From Octopus vulgaris (Eukaryota), in assembly GCA_951406725.2 (NCBI GenBank), contig OX597820.1, positions 93,372,001 through 93,436,000 of the forward strand: a stretch of DNA of 64,000 bases, in the 5' to 3' direction. Position numbers and translations under genes: made by a program. The stretch's first letter is position 1, and every line of letters starts with the position of its first letter. A model generated the notes under the pieces. It did not search any database. It saw only the letters and a program-made list of their open reading frames with translations, and was not told where the DNA came from. Shown here in pieces: positions 38,981 through 64,000 of this stretch.

Positions 38981-39584
38981 TTATGAGCATCTTTCAGCTT
39001 CTGTCTACCAAATCCACTGACAAAGCTTTGGTTGGTCTGAGGCTATAGTAGAAGACACCTGCTCAAGGTGCCACACAGTGGGACTGAACCAGCCCAAAAC
39101 CATGTGATTGGGGAGCAAGCTTCTTACCACTGCACCAAAATTTTGTTACAATTTATTTTTCAGGAATAACCTCGAAAAGTAATGCTGTATGGGTTTCTAC
39201 AAATTTATTTCCATCATAGTCCTTACTATTTCAAATGGATAAAAAATAAATACAGAATTTGGTAAATTTTCAGATGATTGTCTTCTCTGTTTCCATTTTA
39301 AATAATTCAAAAATGACTTGGCCTCTTGTCTGTCATTTAAATATTCTGTAAAAAACATTCTTTGCAAATAACTCACCATTTGTAGTCTTTAAGACCTTAG
39401 TTTATATATTTTATGTTGAGTAAATTTCAGTCTCTGTTTCATTAATTCTAAAAAATTTCTTTGCACAATACATTTGTAGTGTAAAAATTTTGATCTGGTG
39501 ATACACAATTATCAGTGAGCAATTTTTTCTTTTACATTAAATTTTTCATTGTCTTTCGTCATTTGGATATTTTTGTTACCCACA

Positions 39585-39621
<37 letters not shown>

Positions 39622-41140
39622 TGTGTGTGTGTTTACTTGGATACATCATACCTTTAATTCTCACAAATTACCTTCTTCTTACCTTCTTCATTAGATATTA
39701 ACACTGTGAAATCATACTGGAAATGATAAAGGAAAACAAAACGGCGTAGATAAATGTTTGCCTCAAATATTGAGACATATAATATTGTCTTTAATAGTTT
39801 TTAACAATGGGGTGGTATTCCACCCTAGAATAGCAACAATTGGAAAAATATATAAATTGTTATATTCTCTACAAGAGACTAAAATATCAACTTCAATATG
39901 TAACTATTGAAGGTAATGTATAATGATAGATCCGTGACAGATCGATAACAGGAAGGCAGGGGGAGTAAAATAAAATATGAAATAAAAACAACTAAATAAT
40001 GCTCCCTGAAAGTCAGTGCTTCTCAACCGTTATTTCTTGCCTATGCTCACTCTTTAACAACTACTGATTCATAATTTTTTACCTGTCCATAAATTTTTCT
40101 TTCTCAAGTAGCTGCTACTGGGATACTGTACCATGAATTTCTGTTTCCCATCAGCTTTGCTAGATCCTCAATATTCTGCTGCAAGCCTCAGCTAACAATA
40201 TCAATGTAGCTGAGGGTCTTCAACCAATCAGAATACTTCCTGCTCTAATTTTAAAGTTTGTATTAATCTCAGGTTTAATTTTTTTTTTTAATGGTTTAAT
40301 TATATTTATTATATAATCAGCAATTTATCATTTTTTCCCCCACAATTTAAGGCAAAAGTATTTCACAATCCACTCTGGTTTATCATCATTTTTGGGCACA
40401 TACCACCTCATCTTGCTATGTGTGCACATATCATATAACTAATGCACAACAGAAAAATTGCATACATTTGCTTAAAAACAATGCACAGTTGTGTGGTTCA
40501 TGATAATAAATGGCCTGATATAGTCCTACAATAGCAACGATACTGCTTCTTGATATATGGCAAAGTAATTTTTTTTTATAATGATAATGAAATTGCTTCA
40601 CTGATAACATTAAATAACAACAAAACATTTCTGGAGTTGTCACTGTATTGCTAAGGATTAGACACACTGCTGTATTTCACATTTAATTAAATTTCATTAA
40701 TTAAAATTTCATGATTCATCCCAATGCTCTATTATTTTTTGGTGAGATGGGAGGTAGATTACTCAGCTAAATAATAATTGTGATCTTTACTAAAATTAGA
40801 TTTTTTTTTTGTCTAATTTAAAATTTATTAACTTTACTACAAGAATTATGTTTGTGCCTATACTTTACTATTAAGTTTCCATTCAGCAAGCCACCCTGAG
40901 TAATTTTCCCCAGTTCTGTTAACAATGCCGCAATGATGAAATTTCTTTTCTTTTCTTACATTTTTCTCCAAGTACTGAATGGTGAGTATTCAACCAAAAC
41001 AGGCAGTGCAGTTTGTTGCAAGTCACCGAAGTAGAGAAGACAGTATTGTTGCCTTGCTCAATAGCACAACACTATAATTCAACCATGAACATATTTTCTT
41101 GTGTTCACTGTGAAAGGATTTTAACATTTAGGTTTTATGC

Positions 41141-41190
<50 letters not shown>

Positions 41191-41194
<4 letters not shown>

Positions 41195-41390
41195 TTTATA
41201 GAAGGAGCTTCAACAGGACTAGAACTGTTTCATTCAAATGAAATCATCAGGAAGCTTTCATCAGGATGATTTCATTTGAATGAAACAGTTCTAGTCCTGT
41301 AAACTCCTTCTATAAAATAAATTAATTTACTCTGCTATGTATTGAGTACCTTATTTACTGTGGTTAACCCCGACTCAACCTGGGACCTAC
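41191..41390. mobile_element. Small fold-back element in (TA)n (arms about 41191-41248 and 41265-41321)
   Basis: ttattttatagaaggag...caggactagaactgtttcattcaaatgaaatcatc versus gatgatttcatttgaatgaaacagttctagtcctg...ctccttctataaaataa. Confidence 0.8.
41206..41256 (-). ncRNA. Type-I hammerhead ribozyme-like motif, sense to the ETNPPL-like gene
   Basis: AGCUUC-CUGAUGA-U-UUC(AUUU)GAA-U-GAAA-CAG(UUCUAGUC)CUG-UU-GAAGCU: stem I 6 bp, stem II 3 bp, stem III 3 bp plus A-U, GUU site. Confidence 0.7.
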
Positions 41391-41596
41391 ATATGTATAT
41401 ATATATATAATATATATATACACATATATGCACACATATGTATATATATGTGTGTGTGTATATATATATATATATCCTGTTTTTCCAGGATAGGACTACA
41501 CAGCCACAGCAGGAAATGTATCAGGACATGAAATGTAAAAGCCGGACTAGACTACTTTATGCGCAACTCCATTGTCTCCCGAGAGAAAAAGGATGC

Positions 41597-41648
<52 letters not shown>

Positions 41649-41936
41649 TTCATATATACATACACATATATATGAAAAAAAAAGAGAAGTTAAAAATATA
41701 TAAATATTCTCTATGGAAGTACCAATAAAATATCTATTTTGTAAGTCAGCACCTTGTAAGAATTCTAGAACAGAAGACTGAAAATGTAGTTTCTTATTCT
41801 AAAAGAAAATATATTTTTGTGAAAAACACTAGTAAAAAAAAAAAATCAAATAACAAAAACCTTAATAAAAAAAAAGGTAATAAAAAGAGTATAGGAAAGA
41901 AAGAAAATATTCTGTTAAGATTGGTGCTGACATATT

Positions 41937-60000
<18,064 letters not shown>

Positions 60001-61071
60001 TCAGTTGTTAGTAGTCAGAGCACTGCATCCTTCAAAACTTCCATGCTTCCTGAGATTCGCCAACACTACACCAGATTTTCTCCCCTCCATACACACGCAA
60101 GCATGTATCTGACTCATACACTGTTCACTTTCCAGACATTTGTACATTACTGCATATGCTTTATACACACTTTTGACAAGTTGTGGTGCACCTGAGCACT
60201 GTATATAATAATTTCATTATTATTATTATTATTATATAATTAAATAAATGCATAAGTAACTGACATAATATTCATACAATGAATTAAATATATATCACTT
60301 CACTTATATTCACCTGCCACTGTACCTTGAGGCTATGTTCTGATTCATTTCCATCACCATCTCTCTCACTCTCTCAGCTTTTTCTCCAACTGGGGCATCC
60401 TTGTATCTCTTCTATAGTAAGACACCTATTCCTATCCCTCTGTTATTTTTTTTAACCTTTCATCAACTAGTATGAAATTACCTCCCTCAATACTACTCTC
60501 CCTACCAGTTGCAGGGTCTTTGTCTTGTAAGTTACTTGGAGACCCCTCTCCAGTGCTGGTACCACACAAAAAACACCCAGTATAGCTGGTAAAGTGGTTA
60601 GCATTAGGAAAGGCATCCAGCTGTAGAAAGTATGCCAAAGCAGACAATAAAGTTTGGCACTGTCCTCTGACTTGCCAGCTCTTGTCATACCGACCAATCC
60701 ATGCCAGCATGGTAAATGGACATTAAATGATGATGATACATATGGTTGACTCCCTCGCAAATGACAAATGAAAGTTCACAATTTCTTGCTGAAGAACCAG
60801 CACAGATGATTTATTTGCAGTGATCAAACGCTTATATTGTACATTGGCTCTCTCTCCCTCCATCAAATTAACATTGCCTGTACAGGGGCCCAGAGTTCCA
60901 CACATCAGACGTCAAAGTAATCATAGAGTTATGTGAAATAAAATGTTTTGCTCAAAATCTTAACGCACAGCCCAGTCCAGGAATTGAAACCACAATCATA
61001 TGATCATGACTTCAACTCTGAAACCACTGGGCAATGTGCCTTCAATACACATGTTTGTATGTATGTATGTA

Positions 61072-61107
<36 letters not shown>

Positions 61108-63611
61108 CATATATGTATGTACATATACAAATATATAGTCATCTTCATCATCATCATTTAATGTCCCTTTTCCATGCTGGCATGGATTGGATGATTTGAC
61201 AGGAGATGTAAGACTAGGGGCCGCTCCAGGCACCATTGCCTGTTCTGGCATGGTTTCTATGGCTGGATGGATGCCCTTCCTAATGTTAACCACTGTACAG
61301 AGTGTACTGGATACTTTTTATGTGACACCAGGTCACACACATACACACACACAGTGAATAAATAAAAAAAAATTACAAACTATTACTCCAAGTTTCACAT
61401 AACTGATATCATCAGACAAAAGTGATGCTTTGAGACAATACAATGGTGTGAAATGGTATTAGATGGTGCAGTGAGGATTAGTTGGACAATTTAAACATCT
61501 AAAGCTGTTTGGACAGGGTGTTTTGATATTTCAAAGTTAATGGAAAGACAATGTAAACATTAATAACGAATATAAAGTTAAATAAAACATAAATGTTAAA
61601 TAAAATGAATTGTTATACACTGATACAGAGAAATAGTTGTAATATTTGGTGTCAAGGAAAAATTTGAGGCAAGAACCATTAGAGAATTTAAGAAACGTAG
61701 ATGGAGTATATACAGGGGGAGCCAGATGTCACACACCAAATATTTATATTACATTATTAAAGGCGGTGAGCTGACAGAATTGTTATTATGCTGGGTGAAA
61801 TGCTTAGTTGTATTTCGTCCATCTTCACGTTCTGAGTTCAAATTCCGCCGAGGTTCGCTTTGCCTTTCTTCCTTCCGGGGTCAATAAATTAAGTACCAGT
61901 GAAGCTCTTGGGTCAGAGTAATCAACTAACCCCAAACCCTAAATTCCAGGCCTTGTGCCTATAGTAGAAAGGATCATTATTAATATTATTATTATTATTA
62001 TTATTATTATTCAATTTGTTCATCATGTACAAGTACATGAGTATTCATCATAATTTCTATTTATTTTATTCAATTTTAGAAACATTGAAGCATGTTTCTA
62101 AAACAGGCGCAGGAGTGGCTGTGTGGTAAGTAGCTTGCTAACCAACCACATGGTTCCGGGTTCAGTCCCACTGCGTGGCATCTTGGGCAAATGTCTTCTG
62201 CTATAGCCCCGGGCCGACCAATGCCTTGTGAGTGGATTTGGTAGACGGAAACTGAAAGAAGCCTGTCGTATATATGTATATATATATATATATGTGTGTG
62301 TGTGATTGTGTGTCTGTGTTTGTCCCCTAGCATTGCTTGACAACCGATGCTGGTGTGTTTACGTCCCTGTCACTTAGCAGTTCGGCAAAAGAGACCGATA
62401 GAATAAGTACTGGGTTTACAAAGAATAAGTCCCGGGGTCGATTTGCTTGACTAAAGGCAGTGCTCCAGCATGGCCGCAGTCAAATGACTGAAACAAGTTA
62501 AAGAGTAAAGAGTATGTCTTTGACAATTCTGGGCCATATATACTTAACCATAAATCTGGCTATCTATACATAGATACACACATACGCATGCACACACAAA
62601 CACACACACACCCACATACATATATATTTGCAAGTGCCTTGAACTACAGCTCTGGGCCAATCAAAACCTTGTGAGTGGATTTGGTTGAAAAGAAGCCTGT
62701 CATGCAAGTGTGTGTGTGTGTATGTGTGCATGCGTGTGCATGTGTATGTGTGTGCATGTGGGAGAGAAAGAAAGTGTGTGTGAGTATTTGTGTCTCCTTG
62801 TCTTGACATTGCATGATTGTAGTAACTGAATGTCATTCATTTCCAATATTCTGCCAAAATATGGCTGGCTCTGGGAGAAATATTATCTTGTTTTGGAAAC
62901 GGATGAAGGTTTCCAAGCAAAATAATCCTTGACAGGAAAGGCATGCAGCCATTGAACATCCACTTCAATAACACCATCCAACCCATGCAAGCATGGAAAA
63001 GTGGATATTAAAACAATGACAATAATGATGATAATAATGGTATGTGTGTGGATAGTAGGTAGATGGACAAATGTGTGTGTCTGTGTATGTGTGTTATGCC
63101 CCACTCCACTTTATGAATGAGAGAGTGAAATAAATTTGGCATCTATATAATTTTGTTTTCTTCACCATAGTGTTGAACAAGTTTTAAATATTTCAAATCA
63201 TTTCTAAAAACCAACACTAAAACACTGTTTATGTGTTCAACCCAAAATAGTAATTTAATGCAAATTTGTAGAATTACTGATTCATTATTTTTAATAGATG
63301 TGCCTTCACAGATTCTTTATAACTTGTAATTGTTTTCTGCTCTTAATTAATAACATTCCCTACCACTTGGCTTGTTCCCTTATTTCTTAGCCTTCACTTA
63401 TAATCCCATTTACATCCGGATTACATTATAGCAGTGTTTCTTCCACATGGGGAAAAAAGAGAACCCAGAGTGTTATAAGAATTGAAAACAAGGTAGATAA
63501 ATCCCCCTATTGAAAAAAAAATAAATTATGAAGCATTAAAAACTTACTTGTCCGATACTTTAGCAACAATGAAATTTACAAAGTGCTCAAGGTGTTTTTT
63601 GAGAACATGAC

Positions 63612-63658
<47 letters not shown>

Positions 63659-64000
63659 TGTGTAAAGTGCTCAGGTGCACTACAACTCATCTAAAGTGTA
63701 TATATAATCAGGTGTAGTTTCGGCGGATTTCGGAAAGCATGAGGGCCTTAAAGGATGCAGTGTGATGATCAGACCCCTTTTGGTACGTAAAACTGCCGGT
63801 GACACATGAAAAAACATTCAAGCAAGGTCGTTGCCAGTGCCGCTGGACTGGCTCCTGTACAGGTGGTACGTAAAAAACACCATTTGAGCGTTGCCATTGC
63901 CAGTACCGCTTGACTGGCCCTTGTGCTGGTGGCATGTAAAAGCACCCACTACACTCTCAGAGTGGTTGGCATTAGAAAGCTGTATAAACTCTGCCAGATC

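Noticed and set aside
39197-39379. 60-aa ORF with ATG|gtgagt donor-like site
   Set aside because: No homology recognised and no partner exons
63541-63600. Candidate upstream ETNPPL exon (AA|gtaagt donor, compatible phase)
   Set aside because: Translation (FVNFIVAKVSDK) does not resemble the expected AESxQSCGGQ..P.GY segment; the sequence resembles the CR1 tail

Overview
AT-rich, microsatellite- and transposon-dense eukaryotic DNA. The SINE/LINE/MITE repertoire looks cephalopod, probably Octopus (inference from repeat style, not verified). The only host gene I can support is the 3' half of a minus-strand class-III PLP enzyme of the ETNPPL/PHYKPL (AGXT2L) family. It has five GT-AG exons with consistent phases (59947-59853, 53098-52974, 48249-48095, 44737-44648, 42111-41937), and its 5' exons were not found in the window. 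The rest is mostly mobile-element debris: a gag-deleted Gypsy provirus with LTRs/PBS/TSD, a solo LTR, a decayed Buster-type hAT, mariner relics, piggyBac-type MITEs, two related Helitrons, R4/Dong, RTE, CR1 and L1/Tx1 fragments, Penelope-like (PLE) fragments, two abundant SINE families and three tandem repeats. The most interesting signal is a set of at least seven type-I hammerhead ribozyme (HHR)-like motifs from different small non-coding element families, several sitting in (TA)n tracts and three inside fold-back inverted repeats. In one, a 187-bp inverted arm begins at the predicted cleavage site. Another lies in sense orientation in the putative ETNPPL-like 3'UTR, just before the first AATAAA. 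All structures were read by eye; no folding or database search was run.
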